Part shown: in pieces, positions 7,602 through 17,103 of the stretch
Position numbering within the stretch: position 1 is the first letter of the stretch
Layout: the number at the start of each line of letters is the position of its first letter
IMG/VR virus record: IMGVR_UViG_2866816733_000004
Coordinates: 32,001-96,000 of that record
Length of the DNA: 64,000 bases
From: a virus
Lineage: Duplodnaviria; Caudoviricetes
Direction: 5' to 3' (one strand)
The notes under the pieces: model-generated
The model's database searches: none
Seen by the model: the letters and a program-made list of their open reading frames with translations, nothing else
Told to the model about the DNA's origin: nothing
Made by a program: the position numbers and the translations under genes

Positions 7602-10337
7602 GTGGCGCTCTCCGACGTGGAAGCACCGGATACGGCGAAGAGTCTGCTGGCGTTGCGGGAGGACGAGCAGCGCCGCCTGTCGAAGATTACCGCGTACATG
7701 GGTGGCAGGCAGGACAGCGTGTACGTGCCGCGCGGCGCCCGGCAGGAGTACCGGTGGCTGATCAAACGCGCGAAGGTCAACATTCTGCCGCTTGTGGTGA
7801 CGGTGGTCGCCCAATCGCTGTTCGTGGACGGGTACCGGCCAGAGCGCACTGATAAGAACGCGAGGGCTTGGGAGTACTGGCAGGCCAACCGGATGGACGG
7901 TCGGCAGCACGGCTTGCATCGGGCGACGTTGAAGTACGGGGTGGCGTACACGCTGGTGCTTCCGGGGCAGCTCGCGGAGCAGCCGATGCCGGTGATCACG
8001 CCGAAGTCGCCGCGGCGGTTGACGGCGTTCTACGCCGACCCTGTCGAGGATGAGTGGCCGCTTTACGCGGTCGAGGTGAAGGTCGAGAACCAGTCGAACG
8101 GTAAGAAGCGGCAGGTCGTGTACCTGTATGACGAGAAGTCGCGGTTCACGCTCGTCGGTGATGGGAGGCCCGGCACGCCATTGGTTCTGGCCAGCGAGGA
8201 CGCGGTCGCCGAGCACGGCCTTGGCGTGTGCCCGGTGGTGCGGTACCTGAACGGCGACGACCTGGACGGCGACGAATGTGTCACCGGTGAGGTCGAACCG
8301 CTGTTCGACATGCAGGACCAGCTGAACTCGACGACGTTCGGCCGGATGATGGCCGAGCAGTTCGCGGCGTTCCGGCAGCGTTACGTGTCGGGGATGGTCG
8401 CTGAGGACGAGGAAGGCCGACCGCGGGCCCCCTTCCAGTCGGCAGTGGACCGGCTGTGGGTGGCTGAAGACGCCGATACCAAGTTCGGGGAGTTCGATCA
8501 AACCGAGCTCGGCGGATACCTGAAGAGCGCTGAGGAGACGATCCGGCACATCGCGACGGTGTCACAGACCCCACCCCACAACCTCCTCGGGCAGATGGCC
8601 AATTTGCCTCTGGCGCTCGACACGCCTGTTTTGTCACCCCACGGCCGTAGGGTGATGGGTGTGTTGAAGCCGGGTGATGAGGTATTTGCTCCTGACGGAA
8701 GCGTGGTCAGAGTCAAGGCTGTGTCGCCGGTGTTCCACGACCACGAGTGCTATCGAATGCGGTTCGACGATGGTACTGAGGTGGTCGCTGACGCTCAGCA
8801 CCGCTGGACGACGACGCACTTTGTGAACCCGGCCAATCCGTATGGCCCGGCAAGGCATCTCACGTGCCCGGAATGCGGTTGGGTTCCGCGAGCCCGGAAG
8901 GCGCCAGCGCGTGGAGTCGCGCTCCACAGGTCCCGCTCGCACGGAATCTCCGCAGTGGCGGCGCCCAAGGGGGGTGCTCGCGAGACGTCGGTTGTGACGA
9001 CCGCCCAGATCGCTGCCAGCCTGCGCACGTCGATGGGGACGTACAACCACTTCATTCCGGTTGCCAAGCCATGGGACGGGCCTGAGCGGGACTACAGCAT
9101 CGACCCGTATGCGCTGGGGGTCTTCCTTGGTGATGGCGACCATATCCACGGCGCGATCACCAGCCACAAAGATGACGCGGAGGAGATGGCCGCTCACCTA
9201 CGTGCCTGCGGCGAGTTCGTTGATGTCTGTCCCTATGCTGACGGCAGCGATAGGCGCTACATCCGGATCCGTAATGACCGGGAGCGTTGCCCCTACGGTC
9301 ACGAACGTCCCCGCGGAACGCGTTCGGACACTGCGCGGTGCCACGAGTGCCGACGCATACGTGACCGTGGCGACTCAGAGACTCGGATCAGGGTCAACTC
9401 GACATTCAGATGGCGCTTCATGGCCCTGGACCTTCGACGGAACAAGCACATCCCGGAGGAGTACTTCCGTGGCTCCTTGAAGCAGCGCCTCGCCCTGCTC
9501 CAAGGGCTGATGGACACCGACGGGACTGTGAACCGCGGGCAAGGGTCGGTTGCAATCACCTTGCACGACGAGCGGCTGGCGCGCGACCTCTACCGGCTAG
9601 TCTGCTCTTTGGGGCACAAGGTAGTCCTCCGCGAACGCCCGTGGACGTCGAAGCAACTCGTTAAGTCGGGTATCTGCTGGCGTATGACATGGGCAGCACC
9701 TGACATAGTCTTCCGCCTGGCGCGGAAGGTGGCGTTGCAGCGTACCGACTTCGGTGATGGTGACGGTGACGGGAAATCCAACAGCCCGTTCCGGCGCTAC
9801 GTTGTCGCTTGCGACCTCATACCTTCGGTCCCAGTCCGCTGTATCACCGTGGACTCTGACGATCACCAGTTCTGTGTAACTGATTCCTTTGTCCCGACCT
9901 GCAACTCAGCTGAAGCTTTGAACGCCGCGCGTGACGGGTTGAACTCTAAGGTCGCCGAGCGGAAGAGCACGACGGGGGAGTCGCATGAGCAGACGCTTAG
10001 GCTCGCGTCGCTAGCTGCTGGGGACCAGGCGGGCTGGAGGGACACCGCAGCGCAGGTCGTGTGGCGCGACACTGAGTCCCGAAGCCTGGCGCAGACGGTT
10101 GATGCGCTCGGGAAGCTCGTGCAGATGCTGGGTGTACCTCCCGAGGTGCTCTGGGAGCGGATCCCGAACGTCACCCAGCAGGACGTGGAGCGGTGGAAGG
10201 CCGCGGCAGAGAAGGGTGACGCGATCGGCCAGCTCAACAAGATCGTCGCGAAGCAGACCGGTCGGGTCGCTGAGCTGACCGCAGCCGCGACAAGCCCCGC
10301 GCCGGTGGCGGCGGCGAACGGTGCCGTCCCAGGCTGA
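7602..10337 (+). CDS. portal protein (SPP1 gp6-like) containing an intein
   Basis: Follows terL; removing the intein restores GQMANL/SAEALNAA and gives about 478 aa. Confidence 0.92.
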   Translation: MALSDVEAPDTAKSLLALREDEQRRLSKITAYMGGRQDSVYVPRGARQEYRWLIKRAKVNILPLVVTVVAQSLFVDGYRPERTDKNARAWEYWQANRMDGRQHGLHRATLKYGVAYTLVLPGQLAEQPMPVITPKSPRRLTAFYADPVEDEWPLYAVEVKVENQSNGKKRQVVYLYDEKSRFTLVGDGRPGTPLVLASEDAVAEHGLGVCPVVRYLNGDDLDGDECVTGEVEPLFDMQDQLNSTTFGRMMAEQFAAFRQRYVSGMVAEDEEGRPRAPFQSAVDRLWVAEDADTKFGEFDQTELGGYLKSAEETIRHIATVSQTPPHNLLGQMANLPLALDTPVLSPHGRRVMGVLKPGDEVFAPDGSVVRVKAVSPVFHDHECYRMRFDDGTEVVADAQHRWTTTHFVNPANPYGPARHLTCPECGWVPRARKAPARGVALHRSRSHGISAVAAPKGGARETSVVTTAQIAASLRTSMGTYNHFIPVAKPWDGPERDYSIDPYALGVFLGDGDHIHGAITSHKDDAEEMAAHLRACGEFVDVCPYADGSDRRYIRIRNDRERCPYGHERPRGTRSDTARCHECRRIRDRGDSETRIRVNSTFRWRFMALDLRRNKHIPEEYFRGSLKQRLALLQGLMDTDGTVNRGQGSVAITLHDERLARDLYRLVCSLGHKVVLRERPWTSKQLVKSGICWRMTWAAPDIVFRLARKVALQRTDFGDGDGDGKSNSPFRRYVVACDLIPSVPVRCITVDSDDHQFCVTDSFVPTCNSAEALNAARDGLNSKVAERKSTTGESHEQTLRLASLAAGDQAGWRDTAAQVVWRDTESRSLAQTVDALGKLVQMLGVPPEVLWERIPNVTQQDVERWKAAAEKGDAIGQLNKIVAKQTGRVAELTAAATSPAPVAAANGAVPG
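8607..9905 (+). mobile_element. class-3-type intein (433 aa) with LAGLIDADG homing endonuclease
   Basis: Starts PLALDTPV; block B ADAQHRW; LAGLIDADG motifs LGVFLGDG and LQGLMDTDG; block F VRCITVD; ends VPTCN followed by Ser+1. Confidence 0.92.
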
Positions 10338-11370
10338 GCAGGCGGCGCTCACCGCCGCCTATGTCGCCGAGCAGAGGCTGCTGGCGGCGTCGCTGTCCCG
10401 TGACCTGGTGCTGCTTGTACGGCAGATCTTCAGCGTCGCTGATCCGGGGCAGTCGTGGCCGACGACGAAGCTGGCACTCGACACGCTTATACGGGAGCGG
10501 CGCCGCCAGTCAGCGAACCTGGCAGCGCGCTACTACGTCGACCTGCGGCAGCTGGCTGTCCCGCAGTCACCGCTGAGGCGCGAGGCGGCGATCTACGAGG
10601 CGCGCAGGCGCCAGTTCCGACCAGAGGTGCGCGTGGATCCCGGAACGGGACTCGTACACACCCGGCTCGCGTCCGCCGCCGAAGTCTCGGAGGCGACTCG
10701 GACCATTGAGGCTCCTCTGCCTGAACAGCCTCGCCCAGAGGGTGCGCCTGCCGAACTGGACGGTTTCGCGGACATCAGCGAGGAAGACGCGTGGGCGGAA
10801 CTGGAGAAAATCGCACCGATCACGCTTGAGGACATCGAAGAGCTCGACGAGGATCGGGTCGACGCGAACCTCAACGCCACGGGGGTCGCCTCCTACAAGA
10901 AGGCGATCCGGGCGGGGCAGCCCCCGGAGAGGGCCCGCGACACCATGGCGGTCAACCTGGCGGGGTCGGCGGCCACGCTGGCCCTTGAGGGCGGACGCGA
11001 AACCATCCGCAGCGCCGTCCTGGGCGACGACGAAGCCATCGGCTGGGCGCGTGTTACCGACGCCGACCCGTGTGCTTTCTGCGCGATGCTCGCTTCCCGC
11101 GGCGCCGTCTACCGGTCCAGGCAGACCGCGGGCGGGGCGAAGAACAAGCAGTTCGAGGGCGAAGGAATGTTCAAGTTCCACAATCATGACGGCTGCTCCG
11201 CGGTCCCGGTCTTTGACGCCGATGATCCCGTCCTCGAGGAAGCCGAACGGCTGTACGACAAGTGGCTTGAGGTCACCCGCGCAGCTCCAGGCGAGAAGAT
11301 GATCGACGCGTGGACGAAGTACTGGGATAACCGTGAAGACAAACCCAGACCCGAAACAGCCACCGGGTGA
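10321..11370 (+). CDS. capsid maturation/MuF-like head morphogenesis protein
   Basis: GWARVTDADPCAFCAMLASRG...FHNHDGC.AVP motif; follows portal. Confidence 0.82.
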   Translation: MPSQAEQAALTAAYVAEQRLLAASLSRDLVLLVRQIFSVADPGQSWPTTKLALDTLIRERRRQSANLAARYYVDLRQLAVPQSPLRREAAIYEARRRQFRPEVRVDPGTGLVHTRLASAAEVSEATRTIEAPLPEQPRPEGAPAELDGFADISEEDAWAELEKIAPITLEDIEELDEDRVDANLNATGVASYKKAIRAGQPPERARDTMAVNLAGSAATLALEGGRETIRSAVLGDDEAIGWARVTDADPCAFCAMLASRGAVYRSRQTAGGAKNKQFEGEGMFKFHNHDGCSAVPVFDADDPVLEEAERLYDKWLEVTRAAPGEKMIDAWTKYWDNREDKPRPETATG

Positions 11371-11788
11371 ACGGATCCTGGTGTGCGGGCCGCCCGCGGC
11401 CGGGAAATCGACCTGGGTGCGCAGCCAGGCGCGTCCCGGTGACCAGGTCATCGACTTCGACGCGTTGTGTCGTACCCTCGGGTCCCGGTCGCATCACGAT
11501 CACCCGCCGCACGTCCGTGCGCTCGCCAAGTCAATGCGCCGCAGCCTCGAAGAGCAGGCCACAACGCATCCCGGCCGCACGTTCGTGATCCGATCCCTCG
11601 CAGACCCTTCCGACCGCGCCGCCGTCGCTGAACGGCTCGGCGCCCGTGTGGTCATGTTCGCTGTCCCCGCTGCGGAGGCGCTTGAGCGCGCCCGCGGCGA
11701 CAACCGGCCTGAGTGGACCGATCAGGCGATCCGTTCCTGGTGGGACCGGTACCGGCCGTCTCCGGCCGACGAATCACCCGAGACCTGA
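11333..11788 (+). CDS. P-loop kinase/AAA_33-like ATP-binding protein
   Basis: ILVCGPPAAGKSTWV..VIDFD; start uncertain because a GTGA-coupled start at 11367 is one base out of frame. Confidence 0.75.
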   Translation: MKTNPDPKQPPGERILVCGPPAAGKSTWVRSQARPGDQVIDFDALCRTLGSRSHHDHPPHVRALAKSMRRSLEEQATTHPGRTFVIRSLADPSDRAAVAERLGARVVMFAVPAAEALERARGDNRPEWTDQAIRSWWDRYRPSPADESPET

Positions 11789-11810
11789 CGCGGCATCGCC
11801 TGCGTCTGGA

Positions 11811-11910
11811 GCCGTCCCGACGTGGGCGGTTTTTCATGCCCGGACGCCGACATGGCGCCGGGCCCGCAACACCACGCGGCCCCGGCATGGGGTCGGTCCC
11901 GACATGGGAG
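11811..11910 (+). promoter_or_regulatory. four hairpins with GACAT-like loops in the scaffold leader; the first is followed by a U-tract and the last covers the RBS
   Basis: CCC-GACGT-GGG, CGCC-GACAT-GGCG, CCCC-GGCAT-GGGG, TCCC-GACAT-GGGA. Confidence 0.6.
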
Positions 11911-11915
11911 ACGCA

Positions 11916-12536
11916 TTGTCCGAGAACGCCCCCGAGCCTGTCGCGCCCGCTGAACCGGCGCAGCCGGCAGAGCCCGCCACCGAGCCCGCGCCAGCACAAC
12001 CCGGCGAGGTCGAGCAGCCGTCCACCGACCCCGGCAAGGGCGAGGAGAAGGACTGGGAGGCCGAGGCCGCCAAGTGGAAGAGCATGGCCCGCAAGCACGA
12101 AACCGAGGCCAAGAAGAACGCCACCGCGGCGCAGAAATACGCCGAGTGGGAGGACACCCAGAAGTCCGAGCAGCAGCGGCTTGCCGACAGGGTCGCCGCC
12201 GCTGAGGCCGAACGGGACGACGCTCGCCGCAGCCACGCCCAGCTCATGGCCGCGGCAACGCACAACGTCCCTCCGTCGCTCATCGACCGGATCGGCGGAT
12301 CGACTGCCGACGAGATCAACGAGTCGGCGGAGGCGCTGGCCGCTGAGATCACCCGCCTGGTGCAGGAACGCGCGTCTGGGATCGCTCCAGCGCCTGCACC
12401 GGCGCCGGAGCCCAAGTCGGCTCCGGCCGCGACGCGGCCAGTGGAATCGCTAACACCCGGTGCGCGACCGGCAAACGAGGCACCTGCTGACCCCAACGAG
12501 GCGTTCCGCAGCTTCTTGACGAGCCGCCGCACCTGA
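11916..12536 (+). CDS. capsid scaffolding protein
   Basis: TTG start after GGGAG; Pro/Glu-rich N-terminus, DWEAEAAKWKSMARKHE, KSEQQR coiled coil; upstream of capsid gene. Confidence 0.85.
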   Translation: MSENAPEPVAPAEPAQPAEPATEPAPAQPGEVEQPSTDPGKGEEKDWEAEAAKWKSMARKHETEAKKNATAAQKYAEWEDTQKSEQQRLADRVAAAEAERDDARRSHAQLMAAATHNVPPSLIDRIGGSTADEINESAEALAAEITRLVQERASGIAPAPAPAPEPKSAPAATRPVESLTPGARPANEAPADPNEAFRSFLTSRRT

Positions 12537-12613
12537 TCACTGACCGCAGCTACCGGATCCTGCATGCCACGGGGCCCGGGGCCGCTGCATACCTGAAAGT
12601 GAGGTAACGCCCC

Positions 12614-13576
12614 GTGGCCTACAACGACATCATCAGCCGGGACGCGTCCAACGACCCGCTGATCCCGACCCCGGTCTCCGCGCAGATCCTGCAGGAGATG
12701 CCGACCGAGTCGTTCATCCTGCAGCGGGCCGGCCAGGTCCGCATGTCCACAAAGTCTCAGCGGCAGCCGGTCCTGGACGTGCTTCCTCGCGCCTACTGGG
12801 TGTCGGGCGACACCGGCCTGAAGCAGACCAGCGCGGTCGACTGGAAGAACGTGACCCTGGTCGCCGAAGAACTCGCGGTGATCGTCCCGATCCCCGAGGC
12901 ATATCTCGACGACGCGCAGGTCCCAATCTGGGATGAGGTCCGACCCCGGATCGTGGAAGCGCTCGGCAAGGCGATCGACTCGGCCTGCCTGTTCGGAGTC
13001 GACAAGCCCTCCTCATGGCCGGCCGACATCTACTCCTCCGTGGTCGCGGCCGGTAACACGGTCCGGATCGGCACGGGAGAGGACTTCGGCGTCGACGTCG
13101 CAAACCTCGGCGAGAAGATCGCCAAGGACGGCTTCGCCGTCAACGGGTTCGCATCACGGCCTGGCCTGAAGTGGAAGCTGGTGGGGCTCCGTTCCACGGA
13201 CGGGATCCCAATCTACCAGCCGGACCTGCAGAACGGCGGCGGCGGAAACCTATACGGATACGGCCTGTCGGAAGTCATCAACGGATCCTGGGACTCCGAC
13301 GAGGCCGAACTGATCGCTGGCGACTGGTCCAAGTGCGTGATCGGCATGCGGCAGGACATGAGCTGGAAGACCTTCACCGAGGGCGTCATCTCTGACGCCG
13401 ACGGCAAGGTCATCCTGAACCTCATGCAGCAGGACTCGATGGCGCTGCGAGTCGTCATGCGGCTGGGATACGCGACGTCCAACCCTGTGACGGCGCTGAA
13501 CACCGACGCCAACACTCGCTTCCCGTTCGGCGCGGTCCAGGCGGCCACCGCCGACAACGTCGCCGGCTCGGCCTGA
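12614..13576 (+). CDS. major capsid protein (HK97 fold)
   Basis: AYWV..G.K, LVAEELAVIVPIPE, IAGDWS, NLMQQDSMALRVVMRLG. Confidence 0.93.
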   Translation: MAYNDIISRDASNDPLIPTPVSAQILQEMPTESFILQRAGQVRMSTKSQRQPVLDVLPRAYWVSGDTGLKQTSAVDWKNVTLVAEELAVIVPIPEAYLDDAQVPIWDEVRPRIVEALGKAIDSACLFGVDKPSSWPADIYSSVVAAGNTVRIGTGEDFGVDVANLGEKIAKDGFAVNGFASRPGLKWKLVGLRSTDGIPIYQPDLQNGGGGNLYGYGLSEVINGSWDSDEAELIAGDWSKCVIGMRQDMSWKTFTEGVISDADGKVILNLMQQDSMALRVVMRLGYATSNPVTALNTDANTRFPFGAVQAATADNVAGSA

Positions 13577-13656
13577 CCCGACCGTCTTACGATGCCCGCT
13601 GGGCGGCATGATCCTTCGCGGCCTCTCGCCGCCCAGCTGGCAGCGGGGAGGACAAC

Positions 13657-14652
13657 ATGCGGGTCATGGCGATGATCCCCGACTACCCGCCCCGCGGGGT
13701 CGGGTCATGGGTCATGACACACAACCTGCTGAGGGCACTGGTGGAGCGCGGCCACCAGGCCGACGTGGTTCTGTCGGCGGCCGATGGCGACCCCTACGAG
13801 CTCGACGGAGTGCGGGTCTGGCCGCTGGTGGACAAGTCGGACCCGTTCCGATTCATTGACGACGCCCATGTCATCGTCGCGCACGTTGAGAGCGCAAGCC
13901 GGGCGCTGATGCTAGGAGAGATCCGCGGTGTGCCGGTCGCGCAGATCGCGCACAACGCCAACGCGTTCACTGAGGCGGCGCTGCGGAAACGCCCGGCCAG
14001 CCTCACGGTGTTCAACTCTGTGCAGGTGTCGGAGAAGCTGGCGGGGCTGTGCTGCCGATCCATCATTGTGCGGCCACCCGTCCGCGCCGAGGACTACGAA
14101 ACCGTCCCCGGCGGTGCCGTCACACTGATCAATCTCAGTGAAGACAAGGGCGCCGAGACGTTCTACCAGCTCGCCGAACGCCTCCCTAAGACGGCGTTCT
14201 TGGGTGTCCGGGGAGGCTACGGCGTTCAGGTGCTCCCGCGCGGACCTGAGGACCTCCCGAACGTGGAGATCCTCGGACACGTCCGGCCGGACCAGATGCG
14301 GGACCGGGTGTACGCCCGCACCCGGGTCCTGCTGATGCCGTCGGCTCACGAATCGTGGGGCCGCACCGGTGTGGAAGCGATGACCAGCGGCATTCCCGTG
14401 CTCGCGCATCCAGCTCCGGGACTGCGCGAGTCGCTCGGCGCCGCTGGCACATTCGTCGACCGCGACGACCTTGACGGTTGGGAGCGGTCGTTGCGGCTTC
14501 TGCTGGACGGGCGCCGCTGGCGTGCGGCGTCCCGGCGGGCGAAGGCGCGGGCAGTGGAACTCGACCCCACGGCGGACCTGGACCGGTGGTGCACCGAGAT
14601 CGAAGCCCTCGGCCGGAGGAGGCTGCGTGTCCGCTCTCGCGTCGCAGGCTGA
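13657..14652 (+). CDS. glycosyltransferase family 4 (GT-B)
   Basis: INLSEDKG, LLMPSAHESWGRTGVEAMTSGIPV (E-x7-E), PGLRE. Confidence 0.9.
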   Translation: MRVMAMIPDYPPRGVGSWVMTHNLLRALVERGHQADVVLSAADGDPYELDGVRVWPLVDKSDPFRFIDDAHVIVAHVESASRALMLGEIRGVPVAQIAHNANAFTEAALRKRPASLTVFNSVQVSEKLAGLCCRSIIVRPPVRAEDYETVPGGAVTLINLSEDKGAETFYQLAERLPKTAFLGVRGGYGVQVLPRGPEDLPNVEILGHVRPDQMRDRVYARTRVLLMPSAHESWGRTGVEAMTSGIPVLAHPAPGLRESLGAAGTFVDRDDLDGWERSLRLLLDGRRWRAASRRAKARAVELDPTADLDRWCTEIEALGRRRLRVRSRVAG

Positions 14653-15244
14653 CATTGAACGGCGCCTCGGACGGGGACTCACCGCGCCCGAGGCCGCACG
14701 AGTTGCTGCGCTTCTGGACGACGCTTCGGCGCTGGTCCGCGCCTACACAGGGCAGGCGTTCGAACTGGTCGAGGACGATGAGGTGGTGCTGCGCGCGTCC
14801 GGCGGGGCCATCGTCCTGCCGCAGCGGCCCGTTTCGGCGGTCTCGTCTGTGGTCGCGGTCGGAGGGTCTGAAGCCCTTCCCGACTTCACCGTTGTGGACT
14901 GGATGTTCGACGAGATCGACACGATCCGGATTGGTGAGGGTGCCTGCGTCATCAACCTGCCCGAGGTGTGGTGGGACGACGACGGCTACCCCGGCACTTA
15001 CCGGGTCACCTACTCCCACGGCTACGCGGCGGTGCCCGGCGATGTGCTGAGCGTCGTGTGCGGGGTCCTGATGCGGTCTTTCGGGAACCCGCAAGGGTTG
15101 CGGAGCGAGACGGTCGGGTCGTACTCCATCACCTACGCGGTCCCCGCCACCGGCGAAGCCCTCGGCCTCAACCTGACCCGCTACGAGCAGAGGGCCCTGG
15201 ACCGGTACCGGCGGAAGGCCGCCACGATCAGGGTGACCCGCTGA
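14627..15244 (+). CDS. head-to-tail adaptor
   Basis: LAS.ADIE.RLGR.LT, LLDDASALVR, NPQGLRSETVGSYS; GGAGGAGG RBS. Confidence 0.85.
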   Translation: MSALASQADIERRLGRGLTAPEAARVAALLDDASALVRAYTGQAFELVEDDEVVLRASGGAIVLPQRPVSAVSSVVAVGGSEALPDFTVVDWMFDEIDTIRIGEGACVINLPEVWWDDDGYPGTYRVTYSHGYAAVPGDVLSVVCGVLMRSFGNPQGLRSETVGSYSITYAVPATGEALGLNLTRYEQRALDRYRRKAATIRVTR

Positions 15245-15558
15245 TGCTCGGCCCGCACACCGTCACGGTTCGACGCCCGGCAGGCAGGGACGGGTGGGGG
15301 AACACTGTCGCCGGCGCCGCCGAGACCCCTGTCCCCGGATGCTTCTGGCAGCCGGTGTCGACCGATGAGCAGCTCAACGCCGCGGACACCGTCACCGTCG
15401 TCGCCCGGGTGTTCATGCCACCCGCAGCGGACGTGAAGGCCACTGACCGCATCCGGTTCGAGGGCCGCGACTACGCCATCGAGGGACGCCCCGAACTGCA
15501 CCACACCCCAGCAGGCCCGCACCACTACGAGGTCAACCTCAAAGAGATCGAGGGGTGA
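15244..15558 (+). CDS. head-to-tail stopper
   Basis: TVTVRR..RDGWGN, DRIRFEGRDYAIEGRP, HHYEVNLK. Confidence 0.82.
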   Translation: MLGPHTVTVRRPAGRDGWGNTVAGAAETPVPGCFWQPVSTDEQLNAADTVTVVARVFMPPAADVKATDRIRFEGRDYAIEGRPELHHTPAGPHHYEVNLKEIEG

Positions 15559-15562
15559 ACCG

Positions 15563-15877
15563 ATGGCCAGTGCCAAGATCCGCTACGAGATGAACTTCGC
15601 GGGCCTCGGCAAGATCATGAGGGGGAAGCAGATGGAGGCGATGCTGCGCGGCGAAGCCCAGAAGGGCAAGCAGTACGCCGAACTCATCGCCCCCGTCGAG
15701 ACCGGCGACTACAAGTCACGGTTCCGGGTGTCGTCGGCGCCACGCGGCGCCGGCCGGTGGGCAGACCGCGCCGCCGGCTACCTCCACAACGACTCCGACC
15801 ATGCCCTGCATGTGGAGTACACCGACGACTACCGGACCCTCGGTGTCGTCGCCAGCATCATCGAAACCGGCCTCTGA
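15563..15877 (+). CDS. HK97 gp10-like neck/tail protein
   Basis: APVETGDYK..., ALHVEY motif; synteny. Confidence 0.72.
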   Translation: MASAKIRYEMNFAGLGKIMRGKQMEAMLRGEAQKGKQYAELIAPVETGDYKSRFRVSSAPRGAGRWADRAAGYLHNDSDHALHVEYTDDYRTLGVVASIIETGL

Positions 15878-15878
15878 C

Positions 15879-16271
15879 GTGCCGGTCCTCGCCGCGTGGC
15901 CACCCGCCGCGCGGATCGTCGGAGCGGTCGTCGACGACGTCGGAACGGTGGTCGGGGAGACCGGAACCGACCTCCTCGTCCTGCTGCAGGGCGGGCAGCG
16001 TGTGATCCGCGTCAGGCGGATCGGCGGCACCGACGACCGCGTCACTGACATCGCCCGGATCGACGTCCGCGTGTACGCGGTCGACCTGTCGAACGCGGAG
16101 GTCGGCTCGGAGTCAGTGCGGCAGTGCCTGCTGTCCGGGCCGGTCGCGACGGCCCATGGTGTCCTCGACCGCGCCGAGACCGAGGTCGGCCCGCAAGAGG
16201 TGCCGAGCCCGGACCCGGAGAACTACCGCGTCGTGTCCGCCACCTACCGGGTCAGCGTGCGACGCCGCTGA
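15879..16271 (+). CDS. tail terminator
   Basis: IRVRRIGG.DD..TD.ARIDV.VYA; precedes major tail gene. Confidence 0.78.
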   Translation: MPVLAAWPPAARIVGAVVDDVGTVVGETGTDLLVLLQGGQRVIRVRRIGGTDDRVTDIARIDVRVYAVDLSNAEVGSESVRQCLLSGPVATAHGVLDRAETEVGPQEVPSPDPENYRVVSATYRVSVRRR

Positions 16272-16352
16272 CCTTCTTCTCTCGACTAGGCCCGCCAGCC
16301 TGTCCAGCCCCGCAAGCGGGGCCATTCGTGTCCCGCAAAGAGAGGGATCCTC

Positions 16353-17024
16353 GTGGCTGGTTCTGCCTACGACGACATTCAGCAGCGGAACGCCGCGCTG
16401 ATCTTCAAGGCCCTGCAGGGGTCGGTGTTCACCGCGCCGTCCACCGCAGCGGCCATCACCAACCTCACCGACTCCGGTGACAAGCTCCTGAAGGCGCTGC
16501 CCACCGGATACGAGGATGTCGGCTGGACGTCCGATGACGGCGCCCAGTTCGGCCGCGACGTCGACACTTCCGACATCACCGGCTGGGGCAGCGTGGAGCC
16601 GCTGCGGTCCGACGTCAACTCCGATGTGACGACGTTGCAGATCGCGTGCCTGGAGACCAAGAAGGCCACAATCGGGCTGTACACGGGCGCGGACATGGCC
16701 GCTGCGACCCCGGATCCTGTGTCCGGTGAGCTCAGCATCGAGAAGCCGGCCCGTCCCTCGTTCCGCTACTACCGGGTCATCGCGATTGCGGTGGACCTCA
16801 CCGACGACGGCGAATACTACGTCGCACGGTTCCTCCCGCGCGCCCGCGTCACCGACTTCGATGAGCAGGCGATGCAGTCCAGCGACGACAGCCCTCTGAC
16901 CTGGGCCGTCACCCTCACCTCGTACCAGGACGCCACGCTCGGCTACAGCGAGCGGTACATCTTCGGTGGGCCGGGCTGGGCGACGCGCTTGGCCTCGATG
17001 GGCTTCGACGCCCTCGCCAGCTGA
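16353..17024 (+). CDS. major tail (tube) protein
   Basis: LPTGYEDVGWTSDDG, ITGWGSVEPLRSD, ARFLPRA. Confidence 0.9.
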   Translation: MAGSAYDDIQQRNAALIFKALQGSVFTAPSTAAAITNLTDSGDKLLKALPTGYEDVGWTSDDGAQFGRDVDTSDITGWGSVEPLRSDVNSDVTTLQIACLETKKATIGLYTGADMAAATPDPVSGELSIEKPARPSFRYYRVIAIAVDLTDDGEYYVARFLPRARVTDFDEQAMQSSDDSPLTWAVTLTSYQDATLGYSERYIFGGPGWATRLASMGFDALAS

Positions 17025-17103
17025 TCGTCGCGGCGGCCGGGCAGAGCTGGCGGGCCCCCGGCCGCCGCGACATCCAGGCCCGCCGCCGAGCCAGGAGAAG
17101 CCG

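Noticed and set aside
5682-8549. 955-aa minus-strand ORF and other long antisense or alternate-frame ORFs (e.g. 19716-22268, 21256-22944, 16915-18291)
   Set aside because: Shadow ORFs of well-supported genes in high-GC DNA; Arg/Pro/Gly-rich with no motifs.
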